64,000 nucleotides of DNA from contig OY761158.1 of assembly GCA_963664405.1 (NCBI GenBank), positions 1,824,001-1,888,000 of the forward strand, read 5' to 3'. Source of the DNA: Thermoanaerobaculia bacterium. Its GTDB lineage: Bacteria; Acidobacteriota; Thermoanaerobaculia; Multivoradales; Multivoraceae. Shown piece by piece: positions 19,080 through 28,740 of the stretch (position 1 is its first letter; each line of letters starts with the position of its first letter). The notes beneath the pieces were generated by a model that was not told where the DNA came from, did no database searches, and was given only the letters and a program-made list of their open reading frames with translations. A program made the translations under genes and the position numbers.

Positions 19080-19735
19080 TCTTCCACCGACGGAAGATAG
19101 GGCCGAAGACCGGCGAGAACGACTTCCGGCTCGTTGAAGGCGACACCGATGCCAGCCGGAAGCCCACCTGTCTCCTGACCCGGAGGGACCCTCTGCACCA
19201 CAGTCGCTTTCGCGCGCAGACTCTTACCGCTCGGCTCGGGCAACCGAAACTCCAGCACGATCTCCTGGTTGAGCTCCGGTGTAGAGTCGGTCGGGATGTA
19301 AAAGCCGCCATGCTCGAGCTCTTTGCTGTACGCCGCGAGCAGAGGCTTGTCGTCTTCCAAGACGATCTCGAAGACACCATCCTCGCCGTTCACCTTCCTG
19401 GCACCACCCCGCCCCCGTACCCGAAGCTGCTCGACCAGCTCTTCCGGCGAGAGAAAGCGCACACCCATTCCTGTCGGGCCGAGTAAGCGTAGATCGGGAG
19501 CCACCCACACCCGTCTCGCAACGACCGTCTCGAAGTGGATAGTGGTATCGCCATCTCGAATCTCGAGACGGACCCCAGTACCGCGCGTGACCGGATATGG
19601 GGTCGCGATGAACACCCCCGTGGTGGAGATATCGTGAACGTACGCCGCACGCGGGGTCGGATCGTTTCCGATCCAATACCTCACCTGCGCCCGCCGGGCA
19701 AAGCGTCGCGCAACTCGCCGTTCGTGGGGTCTCAT
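19076..19735 (-). CDS. tandem PilZ-domain protein
   Basis: RRVARRFARR...DISTTGVF (RxxxR, DxSxxG) and GMGVRF; second PilZ-like half with GGFYIPT...GIGVAF. Confidence 0.78.
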   Translation of the reverse strand: MRPHERRVARRFARRAQVRYWIGNDPTPRAAYVHDISTTGVFIATPYPVTRGTGVRLEIRDGDTTIHFETVVARRVWVAPDLRLLGPTGMGVRFLSPEELVEQLRVRGRGGARKVNGEDGVFEIVLEDDKPLLAAYSKELEHGGFYIPTDSTPELNQEIVLEFRLPEPSGKSLRAKATVVQRVPPGQETGGLPAGIGVAFNEPEVVLAGLRPYLPSVED

Positions 19736-19823
19736 CAGTGTTCGTGTGATTGTAACCCGGCAAGCACCCTGCCACGCAACAGGTCTGCAGCGGTATACTC
19801 CTCCTTCTCTCGAGGCCACTGAA

Positions 19824-20978
19824 GTGAGTTCCAAGAAGCCCGACCTCCAAGCCCTGCGCGAAGACATCGAAGCTGTCGATCGAGAGATCCTGGCCCGACT
19901 CAAAGACCGCATGGAGCTGGTCGAGGACGTCGCGATATCCAAGGTAGAGACCGCTTTCCCGTTTCGAGACAAACAACGAGAAGAGCAGCACCTGCTACAC
20001 ATCCGGCACCTTGCGGCCGAGATATCTCTCGACGCTCACCACGTCGAGCGCATCTACCGGATCATCATGGAGATGGCGATCGCCCATCAGCAGGCACACA
20101 TCCAGGGCCTCGAGACAGCCCCTCTCCGTGTCGCCTATCAGGGGGTCGAGGGCTCCTACAGCCACTTGACCGCACAGCGCCACTACCGGAACAAGGAAGG
20201 GGGCATTCTTCTAACCGGCTGCGAGACCTTCCGCGCCGCCGCCGACGCGGTGCGCGACAGCACCGTAGATGTGGCGCTACTCGCGGTCGAGAACAGCACC
20301 GCCGGCAGCATCAATGAGACCTACGATCTTCTCGCCGAGGGCGGGCTCACCATCACCGCCGAAGTGATCTCTCAAGTCGAGCACTGCCTGCTCGCCCTGC
20401 CTGATACAGCGATCGACCAGCTTCACGCCGTCCTCTCCCATCCTCAGGCACTGATGCAGTGCGAAGCCTTCTTTCGCCGGCACCCGAAAATTCGGCCCCA
20501 GGCGGAGTTTGATACCGCCGGCGCAGCGCGCAAGGTTGCGGAATCGAACGACCCGACGCTTGGTGCCATCGCCAGCGAGTCAGCGGGGAAGGCCTTCGGG
20601 CTCGAAGTTCTCGAACGTGCCATTCAGACCCAGTCGAACAACTACACCCGCTTCGTAGAGGTCGCGAAAGAAGCAACCCCCTGCCCTCCCGATGCCGCCT
20701 GCAAGACTTCCTTACTCCTCGAAACCGCTCACAAACCCGGGGCACTGGGAGAGGTCATCGTTGCCTTCGCACGTCGGGGAGTGAACCTCACCAAGCTCGA
20801 GTCGCGCCCCATCCCGGACCGACCCTTCGACTATCAGTTCTACCTCGACATCGAAGGCCACGCCGCATCTCAAGCGATAACCGAGACCCTGGGAGAGATC
20901 GAGAGCCAGGAGCTCACTCGCGAGCTGCGGATCTTGGGCACCTACCCCAAAGCCGCTCCGGCCGCCCGCGCCAACTGA
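19824..20978 (+). CDS. pheA: chorismate mutase / prephenate dehydratase (P-protein)
   Basis: N-terminal CM domain LREDIEAVDREI; VAYQGVEGSYS, ENSTAGSI, SHPQALMQC, NYTRF; ACT domain NLTKLESRP. Confidence 0.92.
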   Translation: MSSKKPDLQALREDIEAVDREILARLKDRMELVEDVAISKVETAFPFRDKQREEQHLLHIRHLAAEISLDAHHVERIYRIIMEMAIAHQQAHIQGLETAPLRVAYQGVEGSYSHLTAQRHYRNKEGGILLTGCETFRAAADAVRDSTVDVALLAVENSTAGSINETYDLLAEGGLTITAEVISQVEHCLLALPDTAIDQLHAVLSHPQALMQCEAFFRRHPKIRPQAEFDTAGAARKVAESNDPTLGAIASESAGKAFGLEVLERAIQTQSNNYTRFVEVAKEATPCPPDAACKTSLLLETAHKPGALGEVIVAFARRGVNLTKLESRPIPDRPFDYQFYLDIEGHAASQAITETLGEIESQELTRELRILGTYPKAAPAARAN

Positions 20979-20981
20979 ACC

Positions 20982-22190
20982 GTGGCTCAAGAACGCTTCG
21001 ATATCGCGATCGTAGGCGGCGGTATCGTCGGCCTAGCCAGTGCCCTCGCCTTGGTCCGCGAAGGGGCCAACAAAGTCGTGGTGCTCGAGGCCGAAGGCGC
21101 GATCGCCAGACATCAGACCGGGCACAACAGCGGAGTGCTGCACTCGGGCCTCTACTACCACCCAGACTCGTACAAGGCGAAGAACTGCGTCAAGGGACGC
21201 AGCGATCTGGTGGCCTTCTGCGAAGAGCACGAGATCGCCCACGAGATCTGCGGCAAGCTGGTCATCGCCACCGACCCGCAAGAGATCCCCCGCCTCGACG
21301 AGCTGGAACGGCGGGGGCGGGCGAATGGTCTCCTGGGAATGGAGCGGCTCGGTCCCGACGGAATCCGAGATCATGAGCCCCACGCAACCGGTATCGATGC
21401 CCTCTGGGTTCCGGAGACCGGTATCGTTGATTTCGTTGCCGTGGCTCGCGCCTACTCCCGACTGGTGACGGAGGGCGGCGGCGAGATCCGAGTCGACCAC
21501 CGAGTGTCTGCGATGAAAAGAGAGGCTTCAGGGCTCAATCTCGAGACCTCAGGGGGAGACCTCTTCACATCGCGCCTCATCAACTGCGGGGGGCTGCAGT
21601 GCGACCGCGTTGCGCGTATGGCGGGCGTCGACCCGGGCGTGCGTATAGTCCCCTTCCGCGGCGAGTACTTCGAACTGGCCGCGGAGCGACGCTCTCTGGT
21701 ACGCAACCTCATCTACCCGGTACCCGATCCTCGCTTTCCCTTTCTTGGAGTCCACCTCACCCGCGGGATCGGCGGAGAGGTCGAGGCCGGTCCGAACGCC
21801 GTCCTGGCCCTACGCCGCGAAGGCTACGAACGGCTCAGCTTCTCGCTCAGAGACACTCTCGATACCCTACTCTTCCCGGGTTTCTGGAGAATGGCTGGGC
21901 GCTTCTGGAAGATAGGGCTCGAGGAGATGCGCCGCTCCGGCAGTCGCCGCCTCTTCGCCGCATCGCTGCAGCGTTTCGTGCCGGAGATCCGTGCCGAGGA
22001 TCTCACCGGCGGAGGCGCCGGCGTCCGAGCTCAGGCGGTCGATCCGACCGGAAAGCTGCTCGACGATTTCCACATCGTCGAGGACGACCGCTCCATCCAC
22101 GTGCTCAACGCTCCCTCGCCGGCGGCGACATCTTCGTTGTCGATCGGCCAAGAGATCGCCGGCCGCGCCAAGCGCAGCTTCGGGATCTGA
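20982..22190 (+). CDS. lhgO: L-2-hydroxyglutarate oxidase
   Basis: HQTGHNSGVLHSGLYY, PFRGEY, IYPVPDPRFPFLGVH, GVRAQA and NAPSPAATS. Confidence 0.9.
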   Translation: MAQERFDIAIVGGGIVGLASALALVREGANKVVVLEAEGAIARHQTGHNSGVLHSGLYYHPDSYKAKNCVKGRSDLVAFCEEHEIAHEICGKLVIATDPQEIPRLDELERRGRANGLLGMERLGPDGIRDHEPHATGIDALWVPETGIVDFVAVARAYSRLVTEGGGEIRVDHRVSAMKREASGLNLETSGGDLFTSRLINCGGLQCDRVARMAGVDPGVRIVPFRGEYFELAAERRSLVRNLIYPVPDPRFPFLGVHLTRGIGGEVEAGPNAVLALRREGYERLSFSLRDTLDTLLFPGFWRMAGRFWKIGLEEMRRSGSRRLFAASLQRFVPEIRAEDLTGGGAGVRAQAVDPTGKLLDDFHIVEDDRSIHVLNAPSPAATSSLSIGQEIAGRAKRSFGI

Positions 22191-22202
22191 TCGTCCTTCG
22201 CC

Positions 22203-22880
22203 ATGGCAACCGAGCTCCGCTTTCAAGCGACCCCCTCATCGGGCGAGGTGAGTGCGCTATTGGAGTCTCCTGCCAACGCTCGTTGCCTCTACGTACTTGC
22301 CCACGGTGCCGGTGCGGGCATGCGTCATCCCTTCCTCGAAGCGATGGCAGCTCGGCTCGCTGATCGCGGGGTGGCGACACTGCGCTACCAATTCCCCTAT
22401 ATGGAGAAAGGCGCCAGAAGGCCTGGGCCAGCGGCGGTGGCGGAGAGAACCGTGCGAAGCGCCGTGGCGAAGGCGACTGAGCTGAGCGATCTTCCTGTCA
22501 TCGCCGGCGGCAAGTCCTACGGCGGGAGAATGACCGCCTACGCGCTCGCCAAGCAGCGCGTCCCCGAGGTCCTCGGCCTCGCCTTCCTCGGCTTTCCGCT
22601 CCACGCTCCCGGCCGTGACGGGACCGAGCGCTGGAGCCCCATGAGCAGTGTCGGCCTGCCGATGCTCTTCTTGCAGGGAAGCCGCGACCGTCTCGCCAAC
22701 CGCGACCTGCTTCGGCCGCTGCTGCCAGCGCTCGAGCCACCCGCCAACCTGCACGAGATCGTCGACGGCGACCACTCATTCAAAGTGCCGAAGCGCACCG
22801 GCCGGAGCGCCGACGAAGTTCTAGACGAGTTGGCCGCGACACTGGCACAGTGGGCAACCGATCTAGTCGAAAAGAGATAA
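22203..22880 (+). CDS. alpha/beta hydrolase (KANL3/Tex30-like)
   Basis: LAHGAGAGM, GGKSYGGRM nucleophile elbow, GFPLH, QGSRD and DGDHSF. Confidence 0.85.
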   Translation: MATELRFQATPSSGEVSALLESPANARCLYVLAHGAGAGMRHPFLEAMAARLADRGVATLRYQFPYMEKGARRPGPAAVAERTVRSAVAKATELSDLPVIAGGKSYGGRMTAYALAKQRVPEVLGLAFLGFPLHAPGRDGTERWSPMSSVGLPMLFLQGSRDRLANRDLLRPLLPALEPPANLHEIVDGDHSFKVPKRTGRSADEVLDELAATLAQWATDLVEKR

Positions 22881-22894
22881 CCCGAGGGGGACGG

Positions 22895-24070
22895 ATGAGC
22901 GAAACGATCCAAGTCGACATCGGCAACGACTACTCCTTCCTGCGCGACCCGGTACGCCGAATCTGCGAGAAGTTCCCCGGCGAGTACTGGCGCGAGCTCG
23001 ATGCAAAGCAGGAGTACCCCCACGCCTTCGTGGATGCGCTCACCGAGCACGAATATCTGGCCTTGCTCATCCCCGAAGAGTACGGCGGCTCCGGGCTGCC
23101 CCTGCGAGCGGCCGTGGCGGTGCTCGAGACCATCCACGAATGCGGCTGCAACGCCGCCGCCTGCCACGCCCAGATGTACACCATGGGTACAGTGCTTCGC
23201 CACGGCAGCTCGGAACAAAAACAGCGCTACCTGCCAAAGATCGCCAGCGGCGAGCTACGCCTGCAGGCCTTCGCCGTCACTGAGCCGAATACCGGCTCCG
23301 ACACCACCCAGCTGACCACCAGGGCAATTCGCGACGGCGACGGCTATGTCATCCGCGGCCAGAAGATCTGGACCAGCCGGGCGCTCCAGTCCGACCTCAT
23401 GCTCCTCTTGGCTCGAACCACCCCCGCGGATGAGGTCGAGAAGCGCACCCACGGACTCTCGACCTTCTTGGTCGATCTGCGCGAGGCACGGGGCAACGGC
23501 CTCGAGATAACGCCGATCGACACCATGATCAACCACAACACCAATCAGCTCTTCTTCGACGGTCTGCGGGTGCCGGCGGACAGTCTGATCGGCGAGGAGG
23601 GCCACGGCTTCCGCTACATCCTCGACGGTATGAACGCGGAGCGCATCCTGCTTGCCGGCGAAGCCCTGGGAGATGCTCGTTGGTTCATTCGCAAGGCGGT
23701 CGACTACGCCAACGAGCGCCAGGTCTTCGGCGCACCGATCGGCCGCAATCAGGGGATCCAGTTCCCCATTGCCCGTAACTGGGCCGAGACCGAAGCAGCC
23801 GATCTCATGGTCCGCAAGGCCGCCGCCCTCTTCGAGCTGAAGCAGCCGTGCGGAGCCGAAGCCAATACCGCCAAGATGTTGGCCTCGGAGGCCTCCTGGG
23901 GGGCCGCCGACACCTGCTTTCAGACCTATGGCGGTTTCGCCTTCGCCAAGGAGTACGACATCGAGCGCAAGTGGCGCGAGACCCGTCTGCTGCGCACCGC
24001 TCCAATCTCGACGAATCTGATTCTCGCCTATATCGGGCAGCATGTTCTGGGATTGCCGAGAAGCTATTGA
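22895..24070 (+). CDS. acyl-CoA dehydrogenase
   Basis: IPEEYGGSG, FAVTEPNTGSD, GQKIWTS, GMNAER, RQVFGAPIG and YDIERKWRE. Confidence 0.93.
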   Translation: MSETIQVDIGNDYSFLRDPVRRICEKFPGEYWRELDAKQEYPHAFVDALTEHEYLALLIPEEYGGSGLPLRAAVAVLETIHECGCNAAACHAQMYTMGTVLRHGSSEQKQRYLPKIASGELRLQAFAVTEPNTGSDTTQLTTRAIRDGDGYVIRGQKIWTSRALQSDLMLLLARTTPADEVEKRTHGLSTFLVDLREARGNGLEITPIDTMINHNTNQLFFDGLRVPADSLIGEEGHGFRYILDGMNAERILLAGEALGDARWFIRKAVDYANERQVFGAPIGRNQGIQFPIARNWAETEAADLMVRKAAALFELKQPCGAEANTAKMLASEASWGAADTCFQTYGGFAFAKEYDIERKWRETRLLRTAPISTNLILAYIGQHVLGLPRSY

Positions 24071-24156
24071 GGGACTAGAGTTGAGGGGGCCGCCCTCTTG
24101 CACGGGTGGGCCAAATTCGATATTCAAAAAACGCATCGTAGAGGAGAGTCAACCCC

Positions 24157-25341
24157 ATGCGCGAAGCTGTCATCGTATCTACTGCCCGTACCCCCATCGG
24201 CAAGGCGCACCGAGGCGCCTTCAACAACCTCGAATCCCCGACCATGGCCGGAATCGTCATCGCGGAGGCGGTCAAGAGAGCCGGCCTCGAAGGCGGCGAG
24301 GTCGACGACGTGGTGATGGGAGCGGCCCTGCAGCAGGGGACCCAGGGCTTCAACACCGCTCGGCAATGCGCCATCGCCGCCGGCCTGCCGATGGAGACCG
24401 CCGGCATGAGCATGGACCGCCAATGCTCGTCCGGTCTGATGTCGATCGCCACTGCGGCCAAGCAGATCGTCGTCGACCAGGTTCCGATCATGGTCGCTGG
24501 AGGTATCGACTCGATCAGCCTGGTCCAGAACGAGCACATGAACAGCTTCCGCACTCCCGACCCCACTGTCTACAAGCTCAAGCCTGAGACCTACATGCCG
24601 ATGATCGACACCGCCGAGATCGTCGCCAAGCGCTATGACATCGCCAGGGAAGCGCAAGACGAATACGCTCTGCAAAGTCAGCAACGCACCGCCGCCGGTC
24701 AGGAGAACGGTCTCTTCGACGAAGAGATCATCCCGATCACGGCCCAGAAAGCAATCTACGAAAAGGGTACAAACAAACTCCTCGGCCATGAGGAGGTCAC
24801 TCTTGCCAAGGACGAAGGAAACCGACCTTCGACCAATCTCGAGGGCCTCGCTTCGCTGCGGACAGTGCGAGAGAACGGCACCATCACTGCCGGCAATGCC
24901 AGTCAGCTCTCCGACGGTGCCTCGGCCTGTGTGCTGATGGAAGCGAAGGAGGCGGAGCGCCGCGGCCTGGAGCCACTCGGTGTCTATCGAGGCATGGCGG
25001 TCGCCGGTTGCGAGCCGGACGAGATGGGGATCGGGCCGGTCTTCGCCGTTCCCAAACTGCTCGAGCGTATGGGCCTGACCGTAGATGACATCGATATCTG
25101 GGAGCTCAACGAAGCCTTTGCGGTACAAGTGGTCTACTGTCGCGATCGCCTCGGCATCCCCAACGAGAAGCTCAATGTCAACGGCGGCGCCATCTCCATC
25201 GGTCATCCCTACGGCATGAGCGGCGCGCGCATGACCGGTCATGCACTCATCGAGGGCAAGCGTCGCGGAGCCAAGAACGTCGTCATCACCATGTGCGTCG
25301 GCGGTGGCATGGGCGCCGCCGGTCTCTTCGAGGTGCGTTGA
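24157..25341 (+). CDS. acetyl-CoA C-acyltransferase (thiolase)
   Basis: [34 protein letters not shown] and MCVGGGMG. Confidence 0.95.
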   Translation: MREAVIVSTARTPIGKAHRGAFNNLESPTMAGIVIAEAVKRAGLEGGEVDDVVMGAALQQGTQGFNTARQCAIAAGLPMETAGMSMDRQCSSGLMSIATAAKQIVVDQVPIMVAGGIDSISLVQNEHMNSFRTPDPTVYKLKPETYMPMIDTAEIVAKRYDIAREAQDEYALQSQQRTAAGQENGLFDEEIIPITAQKAIYEKGTNKLLGHEEVTLAKDEGNRPSTNLEGLASLRTVRENGTITAGNASQLSDGASACVLMEAKEAERRGLEPLGVYRGMAVAGCEPDEMGIGPVFAVPKLLERMGLTVDDIDIWELNEAFAVQVVYCRDRLGIPNEKLNVNGGAISIGHPYGMSGARMTGHALIEGKRRGAKNVVITMCVGGGMGAAGLFEVR

Positions 25342-25377
25342 GGACCCCATCACCTCGCGCTCGGAGGGAGTAGCCGC

Positions 25378-26451
25378 ATGAAATGGTCCTGGAGTCTCGG
25401 CAAGATCGCCGGGATCGAGCTCAAGGTCCATGCGACCTTCTTCCTGTTGGTCGCCTGGGTGGGCTGGACTCACTGGGCGGACGGCGAATCGCTGGCGGCG
25501 GCGATCGCGGGCATTACTTTTATTCTCAGTCTCTTCGCCTGCGTGGTCCTGCACGAGCTCGGCCACGCCTTGACGGCGCGCCGCTACGGAATCCGCACCC
25601 GCGACATCGTGCTGCTACCGATTGGGGGCGTAGCCCGACTCGAGCGCATTCCTGAGGACCCGCGCCAAGAGCTCTGGGTCGCGGTGGCGGGACCCGCCGT
25701 CAACGTGGTCATCGCCACAGTTCTCTTCACCATCATCTCCTTGACCGGATCCTGGCAGCCGGTGGGCGGGCTCACCGTCAGCGGCGGTTCGTTTCTCGAG
25801 AGAATCGCCATCGCCAATGTCATTCTGGTCATCTTCAATCTGATCCCCGCCTTTCCGATGGACGGTGGACGCATGCTTCGCGCTGTTCTGGCGATGCGCC
25901 TCGAGTACGTAAAGGCAACCCAGATCGCGGCGACCGTCGGTCAGGGCCTCGCCTTCGTCTTCGCTCTGATCGGTCTCTGGGCGGCGCCGTTCCTACTCTT
26001 CATTGCCTTCTTTGTCTGGATCGGCGCCAGCCAGGAAGCCAGTATGGTCCAGATCAAGCACGCCCTCGGGGGCATCCCGGTCGGCCGGGTGATGATCACC
26101 GAGTTCGTCACTCTCCACCCGGAAGAACCGCTGACACGCGCAATAGCCCTGACTCTGGCGGGGTCCCAGAAAGACTTCCCTGTCGTTGTCGGAGACCGGG
26201 TAGTGGGCGTGCTCACGCAGTCGACATTGATGCGTGCGCTGGCGGAGAAGGGGGAGCACGCCCAGACTGCCTCGGTGATGGAGCAGAGTTTCGAGCTCGC
26301 CGACGTCTCGGAAATGATCGAGCCGGTCTTCATCCGCCTACGGGCACGTAGATGCTCAACCCTGCCGGTACTCGAAGCGGGCCGACTGGTCGGTCTCCTC
26401 ACGCTGGAGAACGTGGGCGAGTTCCTCAGCCTTCAATCTGCGATGCGCTAG
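25378..26451 (+). CDS. site-2 protease (M50) with CBS domains
   Basis: HELGH, AGPAVN, NLIPAFPMDGGR and two CBS-like C-terminal repeats. Confidence 0.92.
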   Translation: MKWSWSLGKIAGIELKVHATFFLLVAWVGWTHWADGESLAAAIAGITFILSLFACVVLHELGHALTARRYGIRTRDIVLLPIGGVARLERIPEDPRQELWVAVAGPAVNVVIATVLFTIISLTGSWQPVGGLTVSGGSFLERIAIANVILVIFNLIPAFPMDGGRMLRAVLAMRLEYVKATQIAATVGQGLAFVFALIGLWAAPFLLFIAFFVWIGASQEASMVQIKHALGGIPVGRVMITEFVTLHPEEPLTRAIALTLAGSQKDFPVVVGDRVVGVLTQSTLMRALAEKGEHAQTASVMEQSFELADVSEMIEPVFIRLRARRCSTLPVLEAGRLVGLLTLENVGEFLSLQSAMR

Positions 26452-26615
26452 TGGGCCGTAACACTCGAACGTTTAGTGGCTGAGTGAGTCATTCGTGGTC
26501 GAGATCAAGGCGCGCTGACGCAGGCATAGCGGGGACTATGTCGGGGAAGCGTAACGCAGAGATCGGCCGCGAGGGCCGCTCAGGCGCTAAACGTTTGGGT
26601 GTTACGGTCCACTAA
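26448..26615 (+). mobile_element. MITE family B: ~36-bp TIRs, TA duplication, same hairpin core as family A
   Basis: C-TA-GTGGGCCGTAACACTCGAACGTTTAG ... CTAAACGTTTGGGTGTTACGGTCCAC-TA-A; core GGCGCGCTGACGCAGGCATAG...CTATGTCGGGGAAGCGTAACGC. Begins at the stop codon of the M50 gene. Confidence 0.85.
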
Positions 26616-26645
26616 CCATTCTCAACCCACGGAGCCGTTCTAGTC

Positions 26646-27512
26646 ATGACAGCAAATCTACTCGAGGGAAAACCAGTCGCCGAAGCCGTCCTGGAAGACG
26701 TCAGACGGAGAGTCGCAGCGATGGCCCAGAAAGGGGTGACCCCAGGTCTCGCCACCGTCCTCGTCGGCGAAGACGGCGCCAGCGCCGGCTACGTGCGCAA
26801 GAAGCATGAGACCTGCCAAGACGTAGGCATCGCCTCCTTCAACTGCGAGATTCCAAGCAACGGTACGCAGGCGCAGTTGTTGGGCGAGATCGATCGACTC
26901 AATGCGGATCCGCGAGTCGATGGATTCCTCGTCCAGCACCCTCTCCCGGCCGGGTTCGACTTCAACGAGGCCCTACTCCGTATGGCCCCGGCAAAAGATG
27001 CCGACGGGCTCCACCCGGTCAATCTCGGCAAGCTCGTGTTGCAAGAGAGAGGGCCTATCCCCTGCACCCCCGCTGGTATCCAGGCGATGTTGCGTCACTA
27101 CCAGATCCCGGTCGCCGGCAAAGAGGTCGTGATCGTCGGCAGGGGGCCCACGCTCGGTCGACCGCTCTCTCTTCTTCTCACCCTGAAGCAAGAGGGCGCC
27201 AACGCCGCGGTGACCGTGGTTCACACCGGCGTTGCGGATATTTCCCAGTTCACCCGCCGGGCCGACATCATCATCGCCGCCGTCGGAGTGCCAGGGTTCG
27301 TCACTCCCGACATGGTGAACCCCGGCGCCGTCGTGATCAGCGGCGGCATCTCGTGGCAGGGGAAAAAGCTGCTAGCAGACGTAGACGAGGCCGTAGGCGA
27401 GGTCGCCAGCTGGATCACGCCTCGACTGGGAGGCGTCGGCCCGACCACCGTCGCTATGCTTCTTCGCAACACCGCAGATGCGGCGGAGGCGCGCGTGCCG
27501 ACTGGCACGTAG
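26646..27512 (+). CDS. folD: methylenetetrahydrofolate dehydrogenase/cyclohydrolase
   Basis: PGLATVLVG, YVRKK, DGFLVQHPLP, KDADGLHPVN, PCTPAG and ITPRLGGVGPTT. Confidence 0.92.
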   Translation: MTANLLEGKPVAEAVLEDVRRRVAAMAQKGVTPGLATVLVGEDGASAGYVRKKHETCQDVGIASFNCEIPSNGTQAQLLGEIDRLNADPRVDGFLVQHPLPAGFDFNEALLRMAPAKDADGLHPVNLGKLVLQERGPIPCTPAGIQAMLRHYQIPVAGKEVVIVGRGPTLGRPLSLLLTLKQEGANAAVTVVHTGVADISQFTRRADIIIAAVGVPGFVTPDMVNPGAVVISGGISWQGKKLLADVDEAVGEVASWITPRLGGVGPTTVAMLLRNTADAAEARVPTGT

Positions 27513-27666
27513 CCTCCGGAAGCGCTGCCCTCGGGGGTTTTCATTCCGCCGGAGAGCTTGAACAGTCATCCCATCGGTGTAGCTGGGGGTACAATGGTTC
27601 CAGCTAACCAGGCGCTCCAGCCCAGTCTGCGGCTTCGGCGACCATAGTCAACAAGGGGTCCAAACC

Positions 27667-28587
27667 ATGATGAGCATCAAGAGAGTCGCAAGCTTCGTTC
27701 TCCTCGCAGCAATTTTCGCCTTGCTACCGGCGGCGGCGGTCGCCCAAGGCTCGATGCGCTACACCATCGGCGTCACCGAGTTTGAGAACCAGGCCGGCTG
27801 GTACAGCTCATGGCACCTCGGCAACGCGTGGGGCACGGTAATGACCAACGCACTGCAGGAGACTGGCCGCTTCATCGTTCTGGCTGAGACCGACATGCGG
27901 GGTGCGGCGCTCGACGAGCAGGATCTGGCAGCCTCGGGCCGCACTGCACAGGGGGCAAAGGCTCCGGTCACCGGGCAACTGACCCCCGCCCAGCTCCTGG
28001 TCAAGGGCGCGATCACCCACGTACAAAGCGACACCAGCGGCGGTGGCGGCGGGATCAGGATCAAAGGCATCCGCCTCGGCGGCAAAAAAGGCAAGGCCGA
28101 GCTCAATGCGACGATCTATCTGATGGATTCAACCACAGGGCAGATCGCGGCTTCGACCAGCGTTATCGGCAAGGCAGAAAGAAAGGGTGCATCCATCGGC
28201 TATAGCAGCAGCGACTTTGGCGGCGATTTCAACGCCTACAAGAAAGACAATGTGGGCATTGCAATGGAAGATGCCATTCGTCAAGCCGTCGCGTGGCTCA
28301 CCGACCAACTCGAGAACGTGCCGTGGACGGGAACCGTGGCTATCGTGCGCGAAGGGCAGGTCTACATCAATCGCGGCAGTCGTGAGGGCGTTGCCAACGG
28401 GCAGGAGTTCATCGTCGGCGAAGCCGACGTCGTCCGGGACCCCGACACCGGCGAGGTGCTCGAGACCTTTGTAAACGAGCTCGCGCGTCTCAAAGCCACC
28501 AACGTAAGAGAGAAACTCACGATCTGCGACGTGGTCTCGGGGAACGCAGCGGCGGTCAAAAAGGGAATGACCGTCCAACTGCCCTAG
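27667..28587 (+). CDS. exported CsgG/HfaB-family protein with FlgT-like C-terminal domain
   Basis: Signal peptide; IGVTEFEN, ALQETGRFIVL, AQLLVKGAIT; C-terminal VYINRGSREG...DPDTGEVL. Confidence 0.75.
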   Translation: MMSIKRVASFVLLAAIFALLPAAAVAQGSMRYTIGVTEFENQAGWYSSWHLGNAWGTVMTNALQETGRFIVLAETDMRGAALDEQDLAASGRTAQGAKAPVTGQLTPAQLLVKGAITHVQSDTSGGGGGIRIKGIRLGGKKGKAELNATIYLMDSTTGQIAASTSVIGKAERKGASIGYSSSDFGGDFNAYKKDNVGIAMEDAIRQAVAWLTDQLENVPWTGTVAIVREGQVYINRGSREGVANGQEFIVGEADVVRDPDTGEVLETFVNELARLKATNVREKLTICDVVSGNAAAVKKGMTVQLP

Positions 28588-28609
28588 CCGAGGGGGACAC
28601 ACACCGAGC

Positions 28610-28648
28610 CCTGACGTTCTCCTGACGCTGTCCTGACGCCTGGCAGAC
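28610..28648. promoter_or_regulatory. 11-bp-period direct repeats (probable OmpR/PhoB-type operator)
   Basis: CCTGACG at 28610, 28621 and 28632, degenerate GCAGAC at 28643; lies upstream of the GGDEF/EAL gene. Confidence 0.55.
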
Positions 28649-28740
28649 AAACTACGCCTTACAGTCCTAATCGGCATGTGAGGTGGCCCGCTCGGGGAGC
28701 TGCCACCGCGAGACGGTTGAAGTTGAACGAAACGAAGGGT

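Noticed and set aside
24124-25566. Long antisense ORFs (this one, and 5983-7176, 35987-37147, 58122-59237)
   Set aside because: They are shadow ORFs opposite well-supported genes in GC-rich DNA and have no recognisable motifs.
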